Shown here one piece after another: positions 28,841 to 37,870 of a DNA stretch of 64,000 bases (the first letter of the stretch is position 1; each line of letters starts with the position of its first letter). The DNA lies in contig JBDHUY010000003.1 in the NCBI GenBank assembly GCA_039809385.1, positions 32,001 through 96,000 on the forward strand, written 5' to 3'. Below the pieces are notes generated by a model. The model was not told the DNA's origin and searched no databases. It saw nothing but the letters and a program-made list of their open reading frames with translations. A program made the translations under genes and the position numbers. This stretch comes from Candidatus Altimarinota bacterium (GTDB taxonomy: Bacteria > Patescibacteriota > Gracilibacteria > JBDHUY01).

Positions 28841-30691
28841 ATGAACTCTTCTACGTTGCAGCAAAACTATCCTGAAATATATCGGAAGCTTTTTTCGAAG
28901 TGTCCGATAGTTTTATCCGTTCCTCTGACTTTCTATTGGACTGAGCATCCTTCACACTATAGCGGTGTCATGCTACGTCAAAAGATTCCTTTGAGAGTGT
29001 TCTTAGGAGTTGAGTTTACAGATCAAAGCGGGATTCACTTTTCTAGCCTTACTTTCTTTTCAGTTCTCAAAAATACCTTCTTAGAAGAAAGTTTAAAAGA
29101 TTTTTTCCCAAACGTTCCAGAACTTACCACATTTTTGGAAAAACAGCTTCGCGAATGTCTTTTAGAAAAAGCTAGAGGACTTAAATTCCACGTTTTTGTT
29201 GAAGATACTGTCTATGGTTATCCAAATGGTATACGTTCCAGTATCTGTGCTTTGCTAGCGAGTATAATTCGTTTATTGTCCGATAATCTAAGCGTAGAGC
29301 AAATCCAACGTTGGCGCGATATCTCGGTTAAATCGTTGCTTCACGATAGAAAGTATGGTTTTCATGAGACCTTCCAATTAGCTCGTACCATTAATCTGAT
29401 TGATTCGTACAGTCATTCTTGGACAACAGTTTGTTTCTCGGCCATGGTACCAACAGCCTATCCAATAATTTCTTTTCCCGCTCAAACTATACGAACTCTC
29501 GATTATCTGCATCACAAAAAGTCAAAATTTGATACACTTCATGAAATCCCATTTTGGGGATATGACTTACGCGATATATACCCCGATCTAATAAGCATGA
29601 TTGATAATCCGCTCGTATGGCCGATTGATCTGGCTGTAATATATTCGGGTAAGAGCATTCTTAAGGGGTATGGTAAATTAAAAACCGCATCTACTGACTT
29701 TACAATAAAGAACGTACAACAATTTATCAAAAATAACTTTGCCAATGATATTGAGGCTCTTACCGTACCCCCAGATTTTTATCAGAAATTTTATATTGAT
29801 CAACCTACAGTAGACCATTTCACCACAGATCTTTTTAGTGTTATATCAATCCGTCTCATCCAACAGCTCTATAAACTTTTATCGGAAGGGTATAATGATG
29901 ATGTAGTAGATGATTTTATTAATTTAATCCATTCTCGTCACGCTGCACTTGTAGGCGCTGATCCTATGTCTAACTACATGCGGCGTCTATTTTACAGTTT
30001 CAACTCTGCTCTTTTTCAAGGCAATCCTTCAGCCAATTTTGCGCTTTTTGCCATGTACGATGTCGCACTTGGGGGAAATATTGGTTTTGTTAGTCCTATT
30101 GGTACACACCGAGATATACTGGAATCTGCGGTAAAAGAATTACAACAACAATATCCCGACGTTTCCATAGAATATATGAGCTGGCGCGATGGATATTGTT
30201 CCGACGGAGTCATCGTTGAACAATACTTAGACCAATCCATAATCTCCCACCACCTGGGGAAAGATCTCGTGAAAGTCGTACAATATACAAAACGTGGACA
30301 CCGCGACGAACTTGTTTCAGCGCAGGATATACGCAGATTTCATGAAACTTCGGATGTGATTCTGGATTTGATCGAAAAAGATATGACGATTGGCAATCAG
30401 ACCATTTCCAGCAAAGAGATCCATTCGCGGACAGCTACCATCCAACTCCTTACGACGCTTCTGCAAAGTCCCAACGGACAAATCCAGAACCAGGACTTAC
30501 CCCGCTCCGCCTATTCTCTCAGTAAAAACGAAATGCAGGGAAAAATTACCGGTCCGTTGTCTCGTCTGGTGAGCAAAAGGACCGGAAAAAAACTTGAAAT
30601 CGTTCTAAAAGGAACGAACACTGAATTCAGTATCGCTCTCAAATTCCCCGAGGACTTCAACCTTACGACCATTCAGAAACTTTTCAATTAA
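28841..30691 (+). CDS. Degenerate GHMP-kinase-fold protein (paralog 2)
   Basis: Collinear with 24993..26831: GVMLRQK, PFWGYDL, WPID, NFALFAMYDV, SWRDGY, LPRSAY, KNEMQGKI, GTNTEFS. Confidence 0.6.
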   Translation: MNSSTLQQNYPEIYRKLFSKCPIVLSVPLTFYWTEHPSHYSGVMLRQKIPLRVFLGVEFTDQSGIHFSSLTFFSVLKNTFLEESLKDFFPNVPELTTFLEKQLRECLLEKARGLKFHVFVEDTVYGYPNGIRSSICALLASIIRLLSDNLSVEQIQRWRDISVKSLLHDRKYGFHETFQLARTINLIDSYSHSWTTVCFSAMVPTAYPIISFPAQTIRTLDYLHHKKSKFDTLHEIPFWGYDLRDIYPDLISMIDNPLVWPIDLAVIYSGKSILKGYGKLKTASTDFTIKNVQQFIKNNFANDIEALTVPPDFYQKFYIDQPTVDHFTTDLFSVISIRLIQQLYKLLSEGYNDDVVDDFINLIHSRHAALVGADPMSNYMRRLFYSFNSALFQGNPSANFALFAMYDVALGGNIGFVSPIGTHRDILESAVKELQQQYPDVSIEYMSWRDGYCSDGVIVEQYLDQSIISHHLGKDLVKVVQYTKRGHRDELVSAQDIRRFHETSDVILDLIEKDMTIGNQTISSKEIHSRTATIQLLTTLLQSPNGQIQNQDLPRSAYSLSKNEMQGKITGPLSRLVSKRTGKKLEIVLKGTNTEFSIALKFPEDFNLTTIQKLFN

Positions 30692-30708
30692 TCCTTCTCC
30701 ACGCTCCC

Positions 30709-31197
30709 ATGCTCCTCGACGTCCGTACCATTCTGGTACTATTCCATCCCGACAATAAACAGATTCTTTTGCTCAAACGCAGCCCGCACAAGAAACTTTT
30801 TCCCAACCTCGTCACCGGCATTGGCGGAAAAGTCGAACTCGAGCAAGGGGAGGGGGAGGATATACAACAAGCCGCATTGCGGGAACTGGAAGAAGAAACC
30901 CGTATTCGTTCCCAGGATCTCGTAGAAATGCGTTTGCGCCTATCCACCCTTTTGACGCGGCAAGACCAGCAAGTACTACTATTCTGGTTTACTGCATACC
31001 TTCGCGACATCCCGATTGATCTTTACTGCAATGAAGGCACGCTGGATTTTTATGACATCGAACAACTCCCGCTGACCTACATGGTGCCGACCGCCCGGGC
31101 TGCGATCCCGTTTCTGCTAACCCTCTCGCCTGACGATCCGACCGTCTACAATGGCATCTTTGATCCCGAGACCATGCGCTTGAGTACTAACCGTTAG
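30709..31197 (+). CDS. NUDIX hydrolase
   Basis: GIGGKVE...GEDIQQAALRELEEET, NEGTL. Confidence 0.88.
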   Translation: MLLDVRTILVLFHPDNKQILLLKRSPHKKLFPNLVTGIGGKVELEQGEGEDIQQAALRELEEETRIRSQDLVEMRLRLSTLLTRQDQQVLLFWFTAYLRDIPIDLYCNEGTLDFYDIEQLPLTYMVPTARAAIPFLLTLSPDDPTVYNGIFDPETMRLSTNR

Positions 31198-31285
31198 ATG
31201 TATCTTTATCGTCGTGAAGATTTTCATAAAAACAACCCACCAAAAATACGATGGGACCTTTCGAATACTTCTTCATCGAAAAGAC

Positions 31286-32080
31286 TTACGATAAAAACAT
31301 CCCGTACCAGCGAATAACCTCGTTTCCCAACACCATGGCCAACAGCATCCCAATCGCCAAAAACGGCCCGAACGGCACCTGCGAATTCATTTTCTTTTTT
31401 GCGCCCGCCAGCAATCCGATACTGATAATCGCCCCGATCGGATACGCGAACACGAAAATCGCCACAATCGTCTTGGCCAATCCCAGCACCAATCCCATAA
31501 AAATCCCGATAAATACATCGCCCATCCCCATCCAGGTTTCGTGCGAAATCCATACTTGCAGTCCGAAAAAAGCGCCTCCCAGGGCAGCGCCGGCCAATGC
31601 ATCCGGAATCGCCACTCCGGGAAGTTGTAAAACCGAAACCAGGATCGCTACGACCGCGGCTACCCCAATACCGAGGAAAATAAGGATATCGGGTATTTCC
31701 AGATAGTAGAGATCGTACACAGAGATCGCCACCAGCAGAAAAACATAAAAAAGCCAAAGCGGTAGCATCCAGAGCGAAAGATTATTCCACAAAAATCCGA
31801 AGGCGGTTACTCCGAATACCGCTCCCGTTAGGCTTTCCACCGCCGGATACTTCCACGAAATAGCATGCGCGCAAAAACGACATTTCCCGCGCAATAGCAA
31901 AAAACTCACGATCGGGATCAGATCATACGGCTTAATCGTTTTTTTACAATGCGGACAAAACGACCGGCCGGTCAGTATCCCTTTTTCGCCTCCATGTAAA
32001 CGAAAGATGACCACGTTGGTGAAACTGCCGATGAAGGTTCCGAGGATGGCGATGATGAGAATGAAGGAAATACTGGTCAT
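31286..32080 (-). CDS. pilD: Prepilin peptidase (A24)
   Basis: GSFTNVVIFR, RSFCPHC, GKCRFC, YDL, MGMGD, PFGPFL. Confidence 0.93.
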   Translation of the reverse strand: MTSISFILIIAILGTFIGSFTNVVIFRLHGGEKGILTGRSFCPHCKKTIKPYDLIPIVSFLLLRGKCRFCAHAISWKYPAVESLTGAVFGVTAFGFLWNNLSLWMLPLWLFYVFLLVAISVYDLYYLEIPDILIFLGIGVAAVVAILVSVLQLPGVAIPDALAGAALGGAFFGLQVWISHETWMGMGDVFIGIFMGLVLGLAKTIVAIFVFAYPIGAIISIGLLAGAKKKMNSQVPFGPFLAIGMLLAMVLGNEVIRWYGMFLS

Positions 32081-32081
32081 A

Positions 32082-32119
32082 AAGTTCAAATGTCAAAACT
32101 CAAAGCTCAAAAGTCAAAA
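32082..32119. repeat. 7-bp TCAAA-type tandem array abutting the pilD start codon
   Basis: ttcaaa tgtcaaa actcaaa gctcaaa agtcaaa. Confidence 0.75.
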
Positions 32120-32201
32120 GAGACCCCAAAAATTACAATGTTCCAACCAAATTTCTGTTATCTAAAACGACATTACTCTCATAGACATGTTTATGGCCGA
32201 A

Positions 32202-32430
32202 CCCGGACTCCGGACAAGCCGGAGTGACATAAAGGGGGGGAATATCGAAACTCTTTCTAGACTGCCATCCTGGCTCGTCCAGGATCCGGGTTCGGGATGT
32301 TCTGGTTTTTTACTCTCAGTGGCTTGTAAATAATATTTCTCGGATCTGTATTCCTGTAATCTGCAACGACATAACTCTCACGTAAATAGTACTTGCTATC
32401 CCTGGACTCTTCGCTTCGCTCAGAGTGACC
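32202..32430. repeat. REP-like palindromic cluster
   Basis: cccggactccggacaagccggagtgac, gccatcctggctcgtccaggatccggg, cctggactcttcgcttcgctcagagtgac. Confidence 0.7.
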
Positions 32431-32444
32431 CAAGGGGGAAAATC

Positions 32445-33899
32445 CTATTGCTCTCCTACCAGCTCGTTATATTTATTTCCGGCCGATACTCCGATCGAGC
32501 TGTTTTTGTCCATGAAGTAGGCCCGTTTGTAGTAATCCTGAGATTTCGCCAAGTCTTGTTTCTCCTTGTATAGATCTCCCAGATTCAGATAGACCGCCTG
32601 CAGGTTCGGATCGCGTTTTTCGGCTTCGGTCAGATATTTTTCGGCTTCTTCCAGATTGCCATTATGTAAATCGCCCCACCCGACCAGGTTATAGGCCATA
32701 GCGTTATCGGGAAATAGATCGAACGCTTCCTTGGCAAGTTCAAGGGCTTTGAGAGGCTCATTCTTAATTTCGATATAGATCCACATTGGACGTACATACA
32801 GATTGATATCCTTTATATTGGCGTCCTTGATCAGCGCCAGATATCCGGAGAGCGCTTCGTCGTATTTTTCCTGGCCCAGATACAGATCGGCCATACGACG
32901 CTGTACGTCGTTTTTCGGTTCGAAGCCGTTTTTCTCGGCCAGAATCAAATAGGTAAGGGCTTTATCAATATTCCCCAATTTTTGATGTACCAGTGCCAGG
33001 AAATACTGCGTTTCATTTTTTTCCGGATCGAGGTCGTAGGCATTGTTCAGGGTTTCCAGCGCCAGGTCGTATTTCTGGATGGCGTAGTATGAAAAACCCA
33101 GGAGTACCCAGGCGTCGCGATAGTTCTTGTTCTCTTTCAATACGTCCTTGAGCGTGCCGATGGCGAGCTGATATTCGCCGTTTTGGATAAAGGCGCGGCT
33201 AACCAGCGTTTTTAAGTGTGTCTGCTTTCCGTCGCTAAACAGGTTAAATTCTTCGATGTTGTTCAGCACGTTCTGGGCACGTTGTCCGGTAGTACTTTGA
33301 GGATCTAATTCCACGCTCTTTCTGAGGTTATTTTGCGCTTTTTCCATGTCTCCGGATCTGGCCCGCAATAAACCGATATAGTAACGGACTTCCTGATTTT
33401 CACTGTTCATGCCTAGTAATACATCCAGCGCGGTAGTAAAGTCGCTTTTTTTGATATTCAAACGGACCATGGCTAATTTAATCCCTTCATCTTGAGGATT
33501 ACGGTCGAGCGCAAACTGGAAATACTCTCCGGCCTTTTCGAAATCGCCTAAGAGCGTGGCAGTCTCGCCGAGTTTTTGGTAGGGTTCGCTGCGTGTGCTT
33601 TCAAACGTGGTGGCGCGCGTGTACTCTTCGATAGCGTTCTGATAATCACCGGCCTGGAAATAGGTATCTCCGTCTTTCATCGCTGTTTCGTAGGTGGCGC
33701 TGGTGGGCCGCTTAATCCGGATCGTAGGAGAACTGTTAGTATTGCCATTATTGTTTTTCGAAGCAGTCATGGCCAGGATCGGATTTTGTTTGGCTCCAAG
33801 AGACCAGGGTAGTTTGACGATCCCGAACTGGATCGACACAAAGGTACCCAATAACAGGAGAAAGACAATGCTAAGAAAAATGGTGGTCTTGTTTTTCAT
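32445..33899 (-). CDS. Membrane-anchored tetratricopeptide repeat protein
   Basis: N-terminal TM and many TPR consensus repeats (AWVLLGFSY...ALETLNNAYDLDP). Confidence 0.9.
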   Translation of the reverse strand: MKNKTTIFLSIVFLLLLGTFVSIQFGIVKLPWSLGAKQNPILAMTASKNNNGNTNSSPTIRIKRPTSATYETAMKDGDTYFQAGDYQNAIEEYTRATTFESTRSEPYQKLGETATLLGDFEKAGEYFQFALDRNPQDEGIKLAMVRLNIKKSDFTTALDVLLGMNSENQEVRYYIGLLRARSGDMEKAQNNLRKSVELDPQSTTGQRAQNVLNNIEEFNLFSDGKQTHLKTLVSRAFIQNGEYQLAIGTLKDVLKENKNYRDAWVLLGFSYYAIQKYDLALETLNNAYDLDPEKNETQYFLALVHQKLGNIDKALTYLILAEKNGFEPKNDVQRRMADLYLGQEKYDEALSGYLALIKDANIKDINLYVRPMWIYIEIKNEPLKALELAKEAFDLFPDNAMAYNLVGWGDLHNGNLEEAEKYLTEAEKRDPNLQAVYLNLGDLYKEKQDLAKSQDYYKRAYFMDKNSSIGVSAGNKYNELVGEQ

Positions 33900-34032
33900 A
33901 GGGCGGTACCATATTATCGGTCAGCGATCAGTCTGTGTTTATTCTAAACCTGCCATAAAACACAACCAAGCGAAGTGTTGGCGCTTGATCCGAGACTCTC
34001 GGATTTTGGAAAAAAAGTAATCTCCGGTTCCT

Positions 34033-34671
34033 TTAGGAAGCGATGTTTTGTGTTACGATCGTGATGATCACATTCGCCGCGAGGGCGACGATCAAACCGA
34101 TCACAGCACCCAGCATGGCTTTGCGGGCTTTTTTCTGCTTTTCTTCTTCTCCGACGGCCGTGGCATACATGATACCGCCGATGATCAGTACGATACCGCT
34201 GACGCCTCCCACGACCCAAGTCAGAAAGTTTTTTACATTATCGAACAGTCCCTGAGGGGTTACGTTGGTGTTTTTGGCAAAGCCGGCGTCGGCGCCGTCG
34301 CAATCTTCGTCTACCTGGTTGCCGGGTAGATCGGTCGTGCCGGGATGGATGTCGCGTGATCGCACAGTATTGCCGTCTTTATCTTTGACCGGATTAGTTC
34401 GTTCTTTTGTTGCATCCAGATCCAGACAGTCGCCGGTTTTGATAATCCGGCCACTCAAGGTACATTCGGGTTGCTGGGTAGCTTGGAGTGCGTAGTCGTT
34501 TTGAGCCTGGGCGTTTCCGCCATACCCGTCGTTGTCCTTATCTTGCAGTCCCAAGGATTGGCAGGTAGGCGTAGCAGTTGTCTGCGCCTCTACTTTTTCA
34601 TGTACCACGACTATACTAGGCAAAATACCTAATAAAGAGAGCAAGAGAACCAAATGGACCAATTTTTTCAT
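34033..34671 (-). CDS. CPR-type VirB2/TrbC-like pilin with an N-terminal MopE-like metal-binding motif
   Basis: C-terminal IIGGIMYATAVG...KARKAMLGAVIGL. N-terminal DKDNDGYG...GDC...IHPG...DEDCDG. Confidence 0.8.
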   Translation of the reverse strand: MKKLVHLVLLLSLLGILPSIVVVHEKVEAQTTATPTCQSLGLQDKDNDGYGGNAQAQNDYALQATQQPECTLSGRIIKTGDCLDLDATKERTNPVKDKDGNTVRSRDIHPGTTDLPGNQVDEDCDGADAGFAKNTNVTPQGLFDNVKNFLTWVVGGVSGIVLIIGGIMYATAVGEEEKQKKARKAMLGAVIGLIVALAANVIITIVTQNIAS

Positions 34672-34982
34672 ACAAACAACGAATTAGTAGGTAAAAAAGT
34701 TTGTGTTTGTGTCCGTATCAAAACAATTGTACTGAAAAAATGCTTTTTTTTCAACGAATCTCCTTTTTAAAACCGTAAAGCTGTGTTTTAGTTATATTTC
34801 CCCTTCCGTTGTTTCCGTCAAAAAAATAAGTTTTTCTTGAGGAGGTTGGGGTTTTGTGTTACAGTCCTTCCCGCACGAGAGAGAGGTACAAACAGTTGAA
34901 AAAGAGGAAGAAGTAGAAATTTGTGGAAATTCATTGAGTCAGTATTTTTGAATTTTGACCTTTGACTTTTGAGATTTTACTT

Positions 34983-35059
34983 GGGTCTGTAGCTCAATCG
35001 GTTAGAGCAGGCGCCTCTTAAGCGCAAGGTTCTGGGTTCGATTCCCAGCAGGCCCACCA
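34983..35059 (+). tRNA. tRNA-Lys(CTT)
   Basis: GGGTCTGTAGCTCAATCGGTTAGAGC, anticodon GCGC CT CTT AA GCGC, GGTTCGATTCCC, encoded CCA. Confidence 0.97.
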
Positions 35060-35200
35060 GGGAGAAGTTATAAAGTTTTTAAAGTCTGTAAAGTTCATAA
35101 AGATAGAGTCATGGAAATCGAAGCCGACCCGAGCGCCGAACTGGTGAGGAAGAGAGCGAGGGCGGCCGGCTGCGGAGGAGCCCGCAGGGCGGGGGAGCAG

Positions 35201-35217
35201 GATTCCCAGCAGGCCCA
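35201..35217 (+). repeat. Direct repeat of the tRNA-Lys 3' end
   Basis: gattcccagcaggccca is identical to 35040-35056. Confidence 0.85.
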
Positions 35218-35461
35218 GCAGGAATAAGTTAGACATCATGCCCTGAGGAGGTATGACGAAGGAGTCGTAAAGCAGCAATCCTAGGAATCGATGCCGATCA
35301 GAGTCTAAAACCGTACGGAAACAAACGAGGGCGGAGGAGTAGAGTTTCCAATAAACCCAGTAGCAGTAAGGTATAAAGCACCAGGGAATCCGGTGCTCAC
35401 GGCTGTTTGCTCTTTTCTCCAAACTCCAGACTCCAGACTCCCATCTCCTAACTCCTCTGCC

Positions 35462-35911
35462 ATGTCTTCCCGTCTCGGTATCGATATGATCGGGGTATGT
35501 GTGGTCTACTTCTGTCATGACGGCGAAGGAAATTTTTTGTTATCCAAAAGGAGCAGCGAGGCGCGCGACGAACAGGGAACGTGGGATGTCGGCGGCGGTG
35601 CGGTGGAACTGCACGCGACAGTTGAGGAAACTCTGAAAAAGGAGATACGCGAAGAATATTGTACCGAGGTGTTGCAGTACAAATTTTTAGGATACCGCGA
35701 TGTGCATCGTACCAAAGAAGGAATGCCGACGCATTGGCTGGCTCTGGACTTTCAGGTGCGGGTGAACCGGGCGACGGTACGTATCGGAGAACCTCACAAA
35801 TTTGACGATCTGGACTGGTTTCGTCTCAACGATTTGCCGTCGCCGTTGCACTCGCAGCTGGGACCGGCGTTTGAGGATTACCGGCAACGGGGATTGCTGG
35901 GGGAGAGCTGA
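35462..35911 (+). CDS. NUDIX hydrolase
   Basis: WDVGGGAVELHATVEETLKKEIREEY, GEPHKFDDLDWF. Confidence 0.88.
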   Translation: MSSRLGIDMIGVCVVYFCHDGEGNFLLSKRSSEARDEQGTWDVGGGAVELHATVEETLKKEIREEYCTEVLQYKFLGYRDVHRTKEGMPTHWLALDFQVRVNRATVRIGEPHKFDDLDWFRLNDLPSPLHSQLGPAFEDYRQRGLLGES

Positions 35912-36022
35912 CGGCTTACAGCTGACAGCCAGCAGTTAGCCTAGTTGCTCTTCCTTCGTGAACGTGTCGATAAGGGTACGGTAGATGTCCCAAGGGGCCC
36001 TTTAGGGCCATCGACTGTGAGG

Positions 36023-36727
36023 CTAAATCGTAGATTCTGTTTCATTTGAGGTCTCGGTTGGAGAACTCGATGTCTCAGCGCTTTCTATGTTGGTTGCTGT
36101 TGTTTCTTCAGCAGGCTTGGATATTTCACCGTTACCAACGGACACACGGGCCGGTTTGATGACACTGCCTTTGAAGGTAAATCCGGCTTCGAATTCGCTG
36201 ATAACGATATCTTTTTCGCCCGCTACCTGCATCATGGCTTCATGTTTGGCGCTATCGAACTTGGTGCCGATGCTCTGTATTTTTACGATGTCGAGATCCG
36301 AAAACGTTTTTTCAAACAGCGATTTGATACCGGTCATACCTTTTACCCACTCGTGCTCTTTGAGGCCCTCTTCCAGGTGGTCGAAGGATTTTTCGAATTT
36401 GTCGTAGAGCGGTAACAGTTTGGACAGCAATATACCTTGGCCAAACGTAATAAGTTCTGCTTTTTCCTCTTCCGCTCTCCGCTTGAAGTTAATAAAATCG
36501 GCTCTTTCGCGCTGGAGCAGATTTTTATATTGTTCGAGTTCGGCTTGTAGTTTCTGAGTAGGATCGGTTTGAGCCGTCGTATCGTCTTGGACTCCTGCAC
36601 CATCTCCGCTTTGCGATGTGCCAATACTCGTATCCGGAGTGGTATCGCCTGTATCTTGTATCGGCCGGTTATCTGGCTGTGGCGGGGTCGTATCGGAAGT
36701 GGTGGTAGTGGTGTCTTGGTTGGTCAT
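36023..36727 (-). CDS. grpE: Nucleotide exchange factor GrpE
   Basis: RERADFINFKRR, KFDSAKHEAM, VIKPARVSV. ATG at 36727. Confidence 0.93.
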   Translation of the reverse strand: MTNQDTTTTTSDTTPPQPDNRPIQDTGDTTPDTSIGTSQSGDGAGVQDDTTAQTDPTQKLQAELEQYKNLLQRERADFINFKRRAEEEKAELITFGQGILLSKLLPLYDKFEKSFDHLEEGLKEHEWVKGMTGIKSLFEKTFSDLDIVKIQSIGTKFDSAKHEAMMQVAGEKDIVISEFEAGFTFKGSVIKPARVSVGNGEISKPAEETTATNIESAETSSSPTETSNETESTI

Positions 36728-36737
36728 GGGAGGGAGC

Positions 36738-36772
36738 GTATTAGGTATAAAGTATGAAGTATTAAGTATAAG
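36738..36772. repeat. GTATNNN 7-mer array upstream of grpE
   Basis: 36738-36757 is the exact reverse complement of 12404-12423. Confidence 0.85.
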
Positions 36773-36972
36773 ATACAATGGTTGCTGTTGCTCTTTCTTG
36801 CTTTGTTCAAAAGCAACGTGTTTCTATCAGAAATCAACTCCATTTACTATAGAATTTCATGATGGCTCGGTCAAGACTGAGGTTTTTAAAAAAAATAAGA
36901 AAATATTGCCAAAAAATCTGAAATAGATAGAATCACACGAAAAGCTTAATTGAATAAAATAATTTTTGCATC

Positions 36973-37713
36973 ATGTCGTCAAAACAAAATTATAACCTAT
37001 TCCATTTGGGTGAACCCTTGGGCTTTGGCAGTTTTGTAGATGTTCGCCAAATTTCCCAATTACCTCCAGGTTTGGCTCCGGATTTACAGAAAAAATACCC
37101 CAATCGTCCTTTTGTTATCAAAGAGTATCGGGAAGACAGTATTGAAGGAGAGAATGCTTCCTATCTTTTTGGAAGTTTGGAACAGGATCTGACTGTAAGA
37201 AATAAACTTGTGTTACTGTCAGAACGACAAAAACTTATTGCTACTCACTTTATAGACATAGATGGTCTGGTTCCTGATAGCCAGTTCTATTACCATCAGG
37301 AAAGTACTATCTTTGAAATCCAGCCCAAAATAGACGGAGTGGCATTTATGGATTTTATAAAAAGTACTGATATGCAGGATCAGTTGGCTCTTCCTGAACC
37401 ACAGTTTATTAAATTGTTAGAGAGGCTTGATCAATTCGTTCAGAGGGCTGAGCAGCCATTATCACAAGCCTACATTCCCGAGTTGTTCCAGGCTTGGATC
37501 GATCTGTCGGGGAGAGATAACCTGATTATTACACCGCAGGGCGATATTCGCTTAGTCGATACCAACACTCTTTGTTCTCCGGACATGGATAAACTGGTAA
37601 GCGATCGGGTATATCGTACCACCATAGCTAATATCGGGCGCATCCGTAGCTGGCTTTTGGCACAGTACAGTCTCTATTCGGTCCAACGGTGTCTGATAGC
37701 CAAAGCTTCTTAA
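36973..37713 (+). CDS. Divergent protein-kinase-like fold protein
   Basis: LGFGSFVDV Gly-loop, FVIKEY, DLSGRDNLII, RLVDTN. Confidence 0.6.
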   Translation: MSSKQNYNLFHLGEPLGFGSFVDVRQISQLPPGLAPDLQKKYPNRPFVIKEYREDSIEGENASYLFGSLEQDLTVRNKLVLLSERQKLIATHFIDIDGLVPDSQFYYHQESTIFEIQPKIDGVAFMDFIKSTDMQDQLALPEPQFIKLLERLDQFVQRAEQPLSQAYIPELFQAWIDLSGRDNLIITPQGDIRLVDTNTLCSPDMDKLVSDRVYRTTIANIGRIRSWLLAQYSLYSVQRCLIAKAS

Positions 37714-37870
37714 CGTTGTTGCTTTACACTATACCTTCACATCTGAATCGGTATTTTAGGAGTGTTTTTAAAACTATATTTCCTATTTTTGCAAATGGAA
37801 AGTCTTTTAAAAAAGGCTTGGGAATACTATACTAAACAGATAGTTTTATTATACCAAAACAAACACACGT

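Noticed and set aside
35040-35217. Prophage or integrative element at tRNA-Lys
   Set aside because: The repeats are only 161 bp apart and no integrase or phage genes are present.
35240-35275. Hammerhead ribozyme (CTGAGGA followed by a hairpin)
   Set aside because: The conserved GAAA after stem II and convincing stems I and III are missing.
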